A stretch of 64,000 nucleotides of DNA from Bacteroidales bacterium (GCA_045627785.1 JAZQOF010000047.1:50199-114198); one strand, 5' to 3'; counted from the stretch's first letter, positions 26,561-36,337 are shown. The notes: generated by a model from the letters alone, not told the origin. Program-made: numbers and translations.

Positions 26561-26576
26561 TTTTTTTTTTTTTTTT
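26561..26576. repeat. T16 (A16 on the operon strand) homopolymer
   Basis: Counted directly: cca + 16 T + ctgt. Confidence 0.95.
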
Positions 26577-26680
26577 CTGTAAGAAAAAACCATAAATGTG
26601 GCGCTGGTATGCTTAAAAACATGTTTTTGTAACTTTTTGTACAACAAATAGTGTAGATTTAGCGCAATTTTTTTTGGTAA

Positions 26681-26714
26681 CTTTAAAACAAAAACGGGAC
26701 TTCGAAAAGTCCCG
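26681..26714 (-). terminator. rho-independent terminator of tRNA-Val
   Basis: On the minus strand, cgggactt-ttcg-aagtcccg is followed by tttttgtttt. Confidence 0.65.
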
Positions 26715-26727
26715 AGGTATAAGGTTG

Positions 26728-26802
26728 TGGTCGCTGACGGATTCGAACCGCCGACCCTCTGCTTGTAAGGCAGACGCTCTGAACCAGCTGAGCTAAGCGA
26801 CC
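26728..26802 (-). tRNA. tRNA-Val (anticodon TAC)
   Basis: A 75-nt cloverleaf with acceptor GGTCGCT/AGCGACC, anticodon stem TCTGC/GCAGA, loop CTTACAA and T-loop TTCGAAT. Confidence 0.9.
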
Positions 26803-26917
26803 TTTTAAGGGAGCAACCAATATTTGGTTAGTCAACCTTTAACGGCGCAAAGATAGTGCGATTCTAAGTTTTTTCCAAATTTTTTGTTCACTTTTTTGAG
26901 AAAATCTTTTATTTCAT

Positions 26918-26925
26918 TATCTTTG
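26918..26925 (+). promoter_or_regulatory. -7 box TATCTTTG upstream of ygiQ-like gene
   Basis: Matches TAnnTTTG, 21 nt upstream of the ATG at 26946. Confidence 0.45.
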
Positions 26926-26945
26926 TACCCATAAATTACACGAAT

Positions 26946-28925
26946 ATGCTACAAGATTGGCTACCTACAACTGCAAAAGAAGTTGCCCTGCGAGGATGGG
27001 ACGAACTGGATGTTATTATGTTCAGTGGCGATGCCTATGTCGATCATCCGTCGTTCGGTTCTGCAGTTATCGGTCGAGTACTTGAAGCTGCAGGATATAG
27101 GGTTGCTATTGTGCCGCAGCCGAACTGGCGTGACGATCTCCGCGATTTCAAGAAACTGGGCAAACCGAAGCTCTTTTTTGGAGTATCTCCAGGTGCAATG
27201 GATTCAATGGTCAATCATTATACGGCAGCACGACGTCGCCGCAGCGATGATGCCTATACCCCGGATGGAAGGGCAGGAGCGCGTCCTGATATGCCGAGCA
27301 TTGTCTATAGCAAGATCCTGCGTGAGCTGTATCCCGATACACCTATTATCTTAGGCGGTATTGAAGCAAGTCTTCGCCGAGTGTCGCACTATGACTATTG
27401 GGAGGATCGTCTGCGCCCGAGTCTTCTGACCGAATGTGATGCAGATCTCATTTCCTATGGTATGGGAGAGAAAGTGATGCTAGAGATTGCCTATCGCCTC
27501 CGCGAGAGCATAGAGTCGGGTATTACCGACCGAGAGTCATTGGTTGCATTGCTCAGCGATATTCCACAGACAGTTGTGCGTCGTCCTCTCGACGAGATTC
27601 CTGTCAATCCGAATCCCGATGAGGATGTGGTGCTTCACAGCTATGAGGATTGTCTTAAGAATAAAGTCTTCCAGTCGGAGAATTTCCGTCATATCGAAGA
27701 GGAGAGTAACAAGTGGCATGCTGCACGTATCTGGCAGAAGACTGGTAATGTAGCAGTACTTGTCAATGTGCCTTATCCTCCGCTCACAACCGAGGAAGTC
27801 GATGCGTCGTTCGACCTCCCATATACCCGAATGCCTCATCCACGATACAACGGCAAACGCATTCCTGCCTATGAGATGATTCGTCATTCGGTATGCATGC
27901 ACCGCGGATGTTTCGGCGGTTGTTCGTTCTGCACAATCTCTGCCCATCAGGGTAAGTTCATTGCCAGCCGAAGCAAGGAATCTATCCTGCGTGAGGTAAA
28001 ACAGGTGACTGAGATGCCTGATTTCAAAGGTTATATCAGCGACCTTGGAGGTCCTTCGGCTAATATGTATATGATGAGAGGCAAGGATTTGAGCCTTTGT
28101 CAGAAGTGCAAGAAACCTTCTTGTCTCGCGCCATCTGTATGTCCGAATCTCAATGCCGATCATCGTCCGTTGCTCGAGATATATAAAGCTGTGGATGCCC
28201 TTCCAGGAATCAAGAAGTCGTTCATCGGAAGCGGTGTGCGTTATGATCTTATATTAAATGAAGGCAAGAATGGCGAGTTCAAGGAAGTGAATATGAAGTA
28301 TGCCGAAGAACTCATCCGCAACCATGTCTCCGGCAGATTGAAGGTCGCTCCGGAACATACTTCGCCTGAGGTGCTCAAGGTGATGCGAAAGCCACCATTC
28401 GAACAGTTCCACAAGTTCAAGTCGATTTTTGACCAGATCAACCGCAAGTACAATCTCAAGCAGCAAATCATACCGTATTTCATTTCAAGTCATCCGGGCA
28501 GTACCGAGATTGAGATGGCAGAGCTTGCAGCCGAAACCAAGTCGCTCGACTTCAAGCTTGAACAGGTTCAGGATTTCACACCTACGCCGATGACTGTCTC
28601 TACCGAGATCTATTACTCTGGCGTACACCCATACACACTCGAGCCTTGTTATTGTGCCCATTCGCCTGAAGAGAAACTCAAGCAACGAGCCTATTTCTTC
28701 TGGTATCAGCCGGAAAATGTGGCAAAGCTCCGTGCCTCGCTCATCAAAAAAGGCAGACAGGATCTCGCACAAAAGCTGTTTGGTACGGGATTTGTAAGGA
28801 ATACAGGAGGACCAGCGCGTCCTGCATCTGGCGGATACAATAAACAGGCATCGTCAGGTAACAGAACAAACTATAAATCAAAACCGAATCGCTACGATCG
28901 CGGTTCGAGATCTAACCCAAAATAA
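26946..28925 (+). CDS. ygiQ: YgiQ-family radical SAM protein
   Basis: CFGGCSFC cluster motif. The N-terminus LPTTAKEVALRGWDELDVIMFSGDAYVDHPSFG is typical of UPF0313/YgiQ, and the C-terminus is a basic tail. Confidence 0.85.
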   Translation: MLQDWLPTTAKEVALRGWDELDVIMFSGDAYVDHPSFGSAVIGRVLEAAGYRVAIVPQPNWRDDLRDFKKLGKPKLFFGVSPGAMDSMVNHYTAARRRRSDDAYTPDGRAGARPDMPSIVYSKILRELYPDTPIILGGIEASLRRVSHYDYWEDRLRPSLLTECDADLISYGMGEKVMLEIAYRLRESIESGITDRESLVALLSDIPQTVVRRPLDEIPVNPNPDEDVVLHSYEDCLKNKVFQSENFRHIEEESNKWHAARIWQKTGNVAVLVNVPYPPLTTEEVDASFDLPYTRMPHPRYNGKRIPAYEMIRHSVCMHRGCFGGCSFCTISAHQGKFIASRSKESILREVKQVTEMPDFKGYISDLGGPSANMYMMRGKDLSLCQKCKKPSCLAPSVCPNLNADHRPLLEIYKAVDALPGIKKSFIGSGVRYDLILNEGKNGEFKEVNMKYAEELIRNHVSGRLKVAPEHTSPEVLKVMRKPPFEQFHKFKSIFDQINRKYNLKQQIIPYFISSHPGSTEIEMAELAAETKSLDFKLEQVQDFTPTPMTVSTEIYYSGVHPYTLEPCYCAHSPEEKLKQRAYFFWYQPENVAKLRASLIKKGRQDLAQKLFGTGFVRNTGGPARPASGGYNKQASSGNRTNYKSKPNRYDRGSRSNPK

Positions 28926-28939
28926 GGAGAAAAAAGATT

Positions 28940-29614
28940 ATGTATTGGCTTTTATTTGGTGCAATTGCACTTATCGGTTATCTGGTTCAGGCAAACCTGA
29001 AGAACAAGTTTGAGAGATATTCACGTGAGCCGGTTCGTCTCACGGGTCGCGAAGTGGCAGAGCAGATGCTCCGTTCGCACGGCATCTATGATGTCAAGGT
29101 CGTTTCTACAAGCGGTTCGTTGACCGATCACTATAACCCGGTGAACAAGACACTTAACCTGAGTGAAGATGTATATAATGTAGCGAGTGTTGCTGCCGCT
29201 GCCGTTGCAGCTCACGAATGCGGTCATGCCGTTCAGCATGCTACTGCCTATGGTCCATTGCGACTCCGTTCGGCTATGGTACCTGCAGTAAGCTTTGCAA
29301 GCAACACCGTTCAGTGGGTATTGCTCGCAGGTATCTTGTTGGTAAATACATTCCCTTATCTGCTTCTTGCAGGCATCGGATTGTTTGCCATGACTACACT
29401 CTTCAGCTTCGTCACACTCCCTGTCGAGATCGATGCAAGCAAGCGAGCTTTGAAATGGCTCGAACGTAGCGGCTTGACAAGCAGCGCATATCAGAAAGAT
29501 GCTGAAGATGCATTGCGATCGGCTGCCTATACCTATGTCTATGCAGCACTCTCTTCGCTCATGACATTGCTCTATTACATTTCCATCTTCCTCGGAGGCA
29601 GAAGGAGAGACTAA
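28940..29614 (+). CDS. membrane zinc metallopeptidase (Zn_peptidase_2 / YugP-like)
   Basis: AHECGHAVQH motif, an N-terminal TM segment and C-terminal TM segments. Confidence 0.8.
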   Translation: MYWLLFGAIALIGYLVQANLKNKFERYSREPVRLTGREVAEQMLRSHGIYDVKVVSTSGSLTDHYNPVNKTLNLSEDVYNVASVAAAAVAAHECGHAVQHATAYGPLRLRSAMVPAVSFASNTVQWVLLAGILLVNTFPYLLLAGIGLFAMTTLFSFVTLPVEIDASKRALKWLERSGLTSSAYQKDAEDALRSAAYTYVYAALSSLMTLLYYISIFLGGRRRD

Positions 29615-29615
29615 C

Positions 29616-29701
29616 TTAATTGATAATTTATAATTGATAATTAAACAAATTAATGTGCGTCAGCTAATAATTATCAATTATCAATTATAAATTATAAATT
29701 A
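29616..29701. repeat. AT-rich inverted repeat of AATTATS heptamers (bidirectional hairpin between convergent genes)
   Basis: ttaattgataatttataattgataattaa (29616..29644) is the near reverse complement of taattatcaattatcaattataaattataa (from 29666). Confidence 0.7.
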
Positions 29702-30627
29702 CTTAAGTAGCGTTCGGCATCCATAGCGGCATGGCAACCTGAGCCGGCAGCCGAGATTGCCTGACGGTATATTGGGTCGGCCACATCACCCGCAGCAAAG
29801 ACACCAGGAATGTTTGTCTCTGTTGTCGGGTGTTTTACTATGATATAACCAGCCTCGTCGCACTCTACGGCAGGACGGAACACCTCTGTATTCGGATGAT
29901 GACCGATAGCGAGGAAGAAACCGTCGATGTCGATGTCGAATCGTTCTTCGTGATCTGTGCCTTTACCCTTTACGAGGTGAGCGCCTTCCACACCGTCTTC
30001 GCCGAACAATCCTTCCGTCTGTGTCTCCCAGAGAATCTCGATATTTGGAGTGTTCATCACGCGTTGGGCACTCATCTCGCTTGCGCGTAATACGTTACGG
30101 CGCACGATGAGATAAACTTTCTTGGCAAGGCTTGCGAGGTATGTTGCCTCTTCACATGCTGTGTCGCCACCACCCACAACGGCTACGATGCGCTTGCGGT
30201 AGAAGAATCCATCGCATGTAGCACAAGCCGATACACCCATGCCTGCATATTTCTTCTCATCGTCAAGACCGAGATACTTAGCCGAAGCTCCTGTTGCGAT
30301 GATGATTGTCTGAGTTTCGATTTCAGTTCCATCATCGACATAAACCTTATGTGGTTTTCCTGCTTCCTTTGCGAAATCCACCTTTGCGATGAATCCATGA
30401 CGGATGTCAGCGCCAAGACGAAGTGCCTGATTGCGTATGTCCTCCATGAGCTGAGGTCCGGTCACACCGTTCGGGTAACCAGGGAAATTCTCGATTTCTG
30501 TTGTCTGGGTGAGCTGTCCGCCCGAAAGCATTCCTTCGTAAACGATAGGAGACAAACCGCTGCGGCAAGCATATATGGCAGCTGTGTAACCTGCAGGTCC
30601 ACTGCCGATGATAAGTACTTTATTCAT
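29692..30627 (-). CDS. trxB: thioredoxin-disulfide reductase
   Basis: Redox motif CATCDG plus GSGPAG and GGGDTA dinucleotide-binding motifs. Confidence 0.92.
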   Translation of the reverse strand: MNKVLIIGSGPAGYTAAIYACRSGLSPIVYEGMLSGGQLTQTTEIENFPGYPNGVTGPQLMEDIRNQALRLGADIRHGFIAKVDFAKEAGKPHKVYVDDGTEIETQTIIIATGASAKYLGLDDEKKYAGMGVSACATCDGFFYRKRIVAVVGGGDTACEEATYLASLAKKVYLIVRRNVLRASEMSAQRVMNTPNIEILWETQTEGLFGEDGVEGAHLVKGKGTDHEERFDIDIDGFFLAIGHHPNTEVFRPAVECDEAGYIIVKHPTTETNIPGVFAAGDVADPIYRQAISAAGSGCHAAMDAERYLSNL

Positions 30628-30680
30628 TTTGTGTTTACGTTTTATGATGCCGCAAAGGTAATAATAATTTGCGACTCTGC

Positions 30681-30734
30681 AATAATTATCAATTATGAAT
30701 TATCAATTATCAATTATGAATTATCAATTATGAA
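30681..30734. repeat. tandem AATTATS heptamer array (about 7 units) upstream of trxB
   Basis: The array reads aattatc aattatg aattatc aattatc aattatg aattatc aattatg. It is a direct copy of the motif at 29666..29701. Confidence 0.85.
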
Positions 30735-30740
30735 CTGATT

Positions 30741-31400
30741 TCATTTCCAATACAGTAGCATTGCCTGCCATATTGCCACGATGTGACAAGCCGAACCTGC
30801 CAATACGAAGAAATGGAATACGGCGTGCATGAACCGCTTGCGCAATGAGTAGAATATCGCACCGGTGACGTAGCATACGCCCTCGGCGATGATCCATGAC
30901 ACAGCCACTATACCAGCGCTATCGAGCAGCGGTTTGAAGGCAACGAGGATACTCATTCCCATTCCCACGAAGGCAGCTGTCTCCACATAGCTGTGTTTGT
31001 TCTTTACCTTTGCGAAACTGATTATGGTTCCGACTATTGCGCAGACCCACACGAAGATGAAGATGATAAGTCCCCACCAACCATCCTTCCACATGATGGC
31101 AAGGGTGAGGGGCGAGTAGCTTCCGGCGATGTGCCAGTAAATTGCCGCGTGATCCCATTTCCTGAGCTGCATCTTCCATTTGCTGGTCGAAGGCAAGGCG
31201 TGATATACGGTCGATGCGATATATGATCCCATCATGCCGAACATATACAAAGAAATACCCCATATCATATAGTTGTCTTTCTCCCATACGCTCCACACTA
31301 TCAGTATGATGCCCATCACCATTCCGCCTAGAATGCCGAATGCGTGCGACCATGTGTTGAGCAGTTCTTCTTTCTTCGATTGCAGGAAGCTCTTAGTCAT
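30741..31400 (-). CDS. hemolysin III / PAQR family membrane protein
   Basis: A seven-TM profile with conserved WSHAFG and HAVFHFFVL segments. Confidence 0.8.
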   Translation of the reverse strand: MTKSFLQSKKEELLNTWSHAFGILGGMVMGIILIVWSVWEKDNYMIWGISLYMFGMMGSYIASTVYHALPSTSKWKMQLRKWDHAAIYWHIAGSYSPLTLAIMWKDGWWGLIIFIFVWVCAIVGTIISFAKVKNKHSYVETAAFVGMGMSILVAFKPLLDSAGIVAVSWIIAEGVCYVTGAIFYSLRKRFMHAVFHFFVLAGSACHIVAIWQAMLLYWK

Positions 31401-31616
31401 CGGTTACCAGATTTATGATAAATATTTTTTTCTTACGCAACATTTTGTTGAGTTGCGGCAAAGATAGGGATTATTCCATATAATTGCTGTAATTTTAATT
31501 ATTTAGCAGATTTTTTACTTTTTTTTAAGACATCTCAGCCATTGTCTCCAAATAGTTCTTATCTTTGCAATGTCTCATTTATAGTTTGAGATTTGACATA
31601 ATGACCATATAATAGA

Positions 31617-33140
31617 ATGACTATGAAAAAAACACCGATTGCTATGGTTTGCGCACTTGCCTTTCTGGCTTCATGCAGCGACAATACATCTACATGCTAT
31701 TATCTCGATGCTACCAATGGTAATGACTCGAACAACGGTACGTCTCCGGAAAAAGCCTGGAAGACGATTGCCCGTACGGAGGGTCTTGTTCTGAAGCCGG
31801 GTGAACAGCTTTTGCTTAAGAGAGGAGAGACTTTTGTCGGAAACCTTGATGTCTGCGGACAGGGTAGTGCCGATTCCCTTGTTGTGGTCGGAGCCTATGG
31901 CGAAGGTGAAAAACCTGTCATCACAGCACCCGATTCTTCGCTCTATGCCGTCAGGATCTTCAACTCCGACTATATTACTCTCAAAGACCTTGAGATAGTC
32001 AATACAGGTAGCGAAGAGATGCCGGGACGAACAGGTGTGGAAGTTGATATCCGCGAGTTCGGCGTTTCGCACAATGTGACGCTCGATGACCTTTATATCC
32101 ACGATGTCAATGGCTCGCGAGTGAAGCAGCTTGGCGGCGGTAGTGCCATCAACTTCAACTATCACAGCAAGGAGACACTCTCGCGCTTCGATGGTCTTTG
32201 CATTCAGAATTGCCATATCGCACGTTGTCAGCGCAATGCCATCATCTGGGAAGGTGAGGCAGATCGTGACAAATGGTTCCCAAGCACCAATGTGGTTGTG
32301 CGACAGAATCTTATCGAAGAAGTTCCAGGCGATGGTATCGTGCCAATCTGGTGCGATGGATGTCTGATTGAATATAACATTATGCGCAATTGCCCGGAGA
32401 CACTTCCTGACACCGAGGCGGCTGCAGGCTTCTGGCCATGGAGCTGTGACAATACCGTGATTCAGTTCAACGAGGTCAGCGATCACAAGGCGCCGTGGGA
32501 TGCACAAGCCTATGACTGCGACTATAACTGCCGCAATACCACTATCCAGTATAACTACAGCCATGACAACTATGGCGGATTGGTACTTGTGTGCAACTGC
32601 AACACAGAACCTGAGCGATGGAATGTCGGCAACCAGAATTCCTTGGTGCAGTATAATCTCAGCATCAACGACGGTTTGCGCCCTAACCTTGCACGTGGCA
32701 GCATGTTCTCTCCGGCAATACATTTCGGAGGTCATTCGACCAATACTCATATCCGTAATAACATCATCCATCAGAATGTCAAGGCAAGCAAGGCGATCGA
32801 CACTCGCATGTTTGTCTCTGATTCATGGAACGGTTATGCCGACAGCACTTATATCGAAGGTAACATCTTCTATGCTGCTTCTCCAAGCGGTTTCGACATG
32901 ACCAAGTCAACCAATAACTTCTTCAAGGGAAACATACTCATCGGTCAGTTCAGTAATGCTCCTGAGCGTGCCAATGTTCCTGCATATGTCGATCTCTACA
33001 AGCAGTATGTGCTCGATAAGGGAGAAGATGGCTTTGCAGGTCTTTCACTTCTTCTCGAACAGAAAGATGTGTGTGGTGTCAAAGGTAACTTTGTCAATAG
33101 CCTATTAATGCATCTCGTTTTCAGTCAGTTAGTAAAATGA
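31617..33140 (+). CDS. right-handed parallel beta-helix lipoprotein (polysaccharide lyase/hydrolase-like)
   Basis: Lipobox FLASC. It has repeated short N/I/V-rich rungs (IQNCHIARCQRNAIIW, VRQNLIEEVPGDGIV, IQYNYSHDNYGG). Confidence 0.6.
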   Translation: MTMKKTPIAMVCALAFLASCSDNTSTCYYLDATNGNDSNNGTSPEKAWKTIARTEGLVLKPGEQLLLKRGETFVGNLDVCGQGSADSLVVVGAYGEGEKPVITAPDSSLYAVRIFNSDYITLKDLEIVNTGSEEMPGRTGVEVDIREFGVSHNVTLDDLYIHDVNGSRVKQLGGGSAINFNYHSKETLSRFDGLCIQNCHIARCQRNAIIWEGEADRDKWFPSTNVVVRQNLIEEVPGDGIVPIWCDGCLIEYNIMRNCPETLPDTEAAAGFWPWSCDNTVIQFNEVSDHKAPWDAQAYDCDYNCRNTTIQYNYSHDNYGGLVLVCNCNTEPERWNVGNQNSLVQYNLSINDGLRPNLARGSMFSPAIHFGGHSTNTHIRNNIIHQNVKASKAIDTRMFVSDSWNGYADSTYIEGNIFYAASPSGFDMTKSTNNFFKGNILIGQFSNAPERANVPAYVDLYKQYVLDKGEDGFAGLSLLLEQKDVCGVKGNFVNSLLMHLVFSQLVK

Positions 33141-33553
33141 TTAAGAAATTTTTTGTAATTGTCATGTTTTTCTGTGCCATAGGTCTTAAGGCACAGGATA
33201 TCAAGTTCAAGGCGGATATCAGACAGATGATTCCGATGTCCTATTCTCCGCAACCAGGTCTTAGCGGTTTCTCGTTCGAGATGCGCAACGATTCTGCGTT
33301 CGTCTATCTGCCATACATCGGCCGTGTCGATAACCCTACATTCGGCAACGACGGACTTAACTTCGATGCTCCTTGTGAGGAAATGAAAGTCAAGCCGACC
33401 AAGAAGAAAAACGGCAGGAAGTTGGATTTCAAGGTAAAGCATGATATCGTGACATACCGCTTCCAGGTTACACTATGGGATAACAACAGCATCGATATCA
33501 TGATGCAGCCAAGCAATGCCCAGAGCTGCAGCTATTCGGGCGAGTGGGAGTGA
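33137..33553 (+). CDS. secreted DUF4251-like protein
   Basis: ATGA overlap with the upstream gene and a signal peptide. The YLPYIGR...GNDGLNF core resembles the DUF4251 family. Confidence 0.6.
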   Translation: MIKKFFVIVMFFCAIGLKAQDIKFKADIRQMIPMSYSPQPGLSGFSFEMRNDSAFVYLPYIGRVDNPTFGNDGLNFDAPCEEMKVKPTKKKNGRKLDFKVKHDIVTYRFQVTLWDNNSIDIMMQPSNAQSCSYSGEWE

Positions 33554-34723
33554 TTAAGGCTGTTGCTGACTCAGATACTCCTGCTTCATGTAATCCATGT
33601 ATGGAGCCACGTGGCTGAAGAATTGCTTGTAGCCGGAGCATAGATAGTTAAGCGGTGGTTGTCCTTCGCCTGTTCTGACGAATCGGTTCTTAGGACATTC
33701 GCCGTTGCATGCGAATTTCCACTTACATTCAAGACATTGTTGAGGCAGGTTCTGTTTGATACGACCGAACTGCCTCTGCTGTTCTCCGTACAGCATCTCC
33801 ACGAGGGTCTTCTCGTGTATGTTGCCGAGCTTGAACTCCGGGAACACCAGGTGGTCGCACGAATACACATCGCCGTTGAACTCCATACATGCGGCATGTC
33901 CGCATTTCTCGCCGTATGTACATACGCCAGGTGTCACGCCGCACCAGTTGGCAAGCGTGGCATCGAACAGCTGGATGAAGTATTTGCCCACATCCTGCTT
34001 ATACCATTCGTCGAAGATCGCACAGAGAAAATCTCCCCATTGTTTCGGTGTGACCGAGAAATCGGCGAGAGGAGCATCTGTGTCATGCATATTGGCAAGA
34101 CGTCCTTCGCACATTCTCTCGACGATAGGAGTGAACTGGATGTAGTGCGCGCCAATTTCCTTGAAGAAGTTGTAGAAGTCGAGCGGATAGTCGGCATTGA
34201 AATCGTTCACCACAGCCATAGCATTCCATTGTACACCATGTTTGTTCAACAGGTTGATACCTTTCATCACATCGCGCCATGACGGCTTACCGAGACGAGA
34301 ACGTCGGAACTCGTCATGGAACTCCTGGGGTCCGTCGATCGATACCCCAACAAGGAAATTATTCTCTTTCAGGAACCGGCACCACTCGTCGGTGAGTAGA
34401 GTGCCGTTTGTCTGTATTGTGTTGTCGATCTGTCGTCCTCTGCCATATCGCTTCTGTAGCTGTAATGCTTTCTTGTAGAACGACAAAGGGCGCATCAGCG
34501 GTTCCCCACCATGCCATTGGAAACACACCTGATTCATGGTTTGAGCCTCGATAAACTCCTGCGTGAATTTCTCCAACAGTTCGTCGCTCATCACCATCTT
34601 CTGCTCGTTCGGATAAAGCTTTTTCTTTTCCAGATAGTAACAGTATTCGCATGCCAGGTTACAATGCGACCCGGCAGGTTTCACCATTACATACAGTGGG
34701 AAGGAATAGAGTCTTGCATCCAT
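33554..34723 (-). CDS. anaerobic sulfatase-maturating enzyme (radical SAM, SPASM domain)
   Basis: CNLACEYCYY cluster and C-terminal Cys-rich SPASM motifs (CQQCLECKWKFACNGECPKN). The ATG at 34723 is preferred over the TTG at 34750. Confidence 0.85.
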   Translation of the reverse strand: MDARLYSFPLYVMVKPAGSHCNLACEYCYYLEKKKLYPNEQKMVMSDELLEKFTQEFIEAQTMNQVCFQWHGGEPLMRPLSFYKKALQLQKRYGRGRQIDNTIQTNGTLLTDEWCRFLKENNFLVGVSIDGPQEFHDEFRRSRLGKPSWRDVMKGINLLNKHGVQWNAMAVVNDFNADYPLDFYNFFKEIGAHYIQFTPIVERMCEGRLANMHDTDAPLADFSVTPKQWGDFLCAIFDEWYKQDVGKYFIQLFDATLANWCGVTPGVCTYGEKCGHAACMEFNGDVYSCDHLVFPEFKLGNIHEKTLVEMLYGEQQRQFGRIKQNLPQQCLECKWKFACNGECPKNRFVRTGEGQPPLNYLCSGYKQFFSHVAPYMDYMKQEYLSQQQP

Positions 34724-34750
34724 ATCCGATGACCTTTGTAAAAACTGCAA

Positions 34751-36337
34751 TCAGAATTCTGTCACACCGAAGTCCGATCTCATCTTCGAGAGCTGTGCAT
34801 TGAGCGCCTGTATCTTATCGGCATACTTCGGGTCGTCTATTGCATTGTGCATCTCGTCCGGATCTGCCTCAAGGTCGTAGAACTCGTCATACGATGGCTG
34901 TTTGCCCTCCTCGTCATAGAAATGTATGAGCTTATATCGGTTGTCGAAGACACCATCGTGGCGCATCACATTGTGTTCGGCTGTATGGTCATAGAAGTGG
35001 TAGTACAGGTATTCGCGCCATTCTTCCGGTTTCTCGCCGTTGTTCTTCAGTACAGGCACCATGCTCATGCCATACATGTTCGATGGCTTCTCGACGCCGG
35101 CAAGGTCCAGGAAGGTAGGGCCATAGTCGATGTTCTGTACCAGCGTCTTCGATTCCACGCCCTGCTTGCAACCGGGATAGCTGATGATCAGCGGAGTGCG
35201 GAATGACTGTTCGTACATGAAACGCTTGTCGAACCAGCCATGTTCGCCCATATAGAAACCCTGGTCCGATGTATAGACGATGACCGTATTGTCCATCAGA
35301 TCGTGTTCCTCAAGATAGTCCAGCAGTTCACCCACTGAGTCATCCACCGACTTGATGACGCGCAGATAGTCCTTCACGTAGCGCTGGTATTTCCATTTTA
35401 CCAGCTCTTCGTGCGAGATCTTATCCTTATTAGCCAAGATCCACTCGTTCTTTTTCGCGTATGACGCCAGGTACTTCTCCTTGTCTTCCGGGTTCATGCG
35501 ACTGATGTTATACATCGCATACATTGACAATACCTTTTCTTCCTCGGTTCCATACTCCAGCCAGCCAGGTACCTTCAGGTCATAATCCATCTTCATGTCC
35601 TTGTCAATGCTCATACGCTGGTCATGAGCTGCTTGTCCTCTCGTCGCGTAGTCGTCATAGAAGGTCTCGGGCATCGGGAACTCCACATCCTCATACAGAT
35701 CCAGGTATTTGATATCGGGCATCCAGTTGCGGTGAGGAGCCTTGTGGTGCACAAACAGCGCAAACGGCTTGCTCTTATCACGGTTTTCCAGGAAGTCTAT
35801 GGCATAATCCGTCGTCACCTGGGTAGCATATCCCTCCGTCGGAACATACTCACCGTTGGTATCTGGGGTTTTGAATCCCGGGTTGTAGTATTCGCCCTGA
35901 TTGCGCAGCACCCTGTACATATCGAAGCCTCTAGGCTCACACAGCATGTGCCATTTTCCGATCATTCCAGTCTGGTATCCAGCTTTTTGCAGTAATTCCG
36001 GCACAAAGGTAACGGTTGAATCCATCACGTTCGATAGCATCGTCTGTCCATTCTGGTGCGAGAAAAGACCTGTCATCAGACATGCTCGGCTAGGCGTAGA
36101 GAGCGAGTTCTCGACATAGGCATTCTGAAAGAGTATTCCTCGTGCCGCAAGACGATCCAGATTCGGAGTCGGTGCCTGCACGGACAACGGGTCGCCATAA
36201 GCCGAGATAGCCTGATAGGCATGGTCATCGGTCATGATATACAGAATATTCATTTTCTGCTGCATCTGGTTCTTATCGCTCTGGCAGCTCAGGAGCATCG
36301 GAGCAAGCAAGGCTGTGCCTGTAAGGATCTGTTTCAT
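34751..36337 (-). CDS. sulfatase (Ser-type formylglycine motif)
   Basis: It has a signal peptide. SLSTPSRACLMTG carries the S-x-P-x-R motif, and the N-terminus has DDHAYQA. Confidence 0.85.
   Translation of the reverse strand: MKQILTGTALLAPMLLSCQSDKNQMQQKMNILYIMTDDHAYQAISAYGDPLSVQAPTPNLDRLAARGILFQNAYVENSLSTPSRACLMTGLFSHQNGQTMLSNVMDSTVTFVPELLQKAGYQTGMIGKWHMLCEPRGFDMYRVLRNQGEYYNPGFKTPDTNGEYVPTEGYATQVTTDYAIDFLENRDKSKPFALFVHHKAPHRNWMPDIKYLDLYEDVEFPMPETFYDDYATRGQAAHDQRMSIDKDMKMDYDLKVPGWLEYGTEEEKVLSMYAMYNISRMNPEDKEKYLASYAKKNEWILANKDKISHEELVKWKYQRYVKDYLRVIKSVDDSVGELLDYLEEHDLMDNTVIVYTSDQGFYMGEHGWFDKRFMYEQSFRTPLIISYPGCKQGVESKTLVQNIDYGPTFLDLAGVEKPSNMYGMSMVPVLKNNGEKPEEWREYLYYHFYDHTAEHNVMRHDGVFDNRYKLIHFYDEEGKQPSYDEFYDLEADPDEMHNAIDDPKYADKIQALNAQLSKMRSDFGVTEF

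Noticed and set aside
30349-30738. The 129-aa ORF ending INYELSIINYELSIMN.
   Set aside because: It is antisense to trxB, and its tail is just the translation of the AATTATS heptamer array.
31671-32771. The 366-aa minus-strand ORF inside the beta-helix gene, and the similar 315-aa antisense ORF at 46377..47324 inside GH9.
   Set aside because: Both are fully nested antisense to genes with clear family motifs, and neither has motifs of its own.
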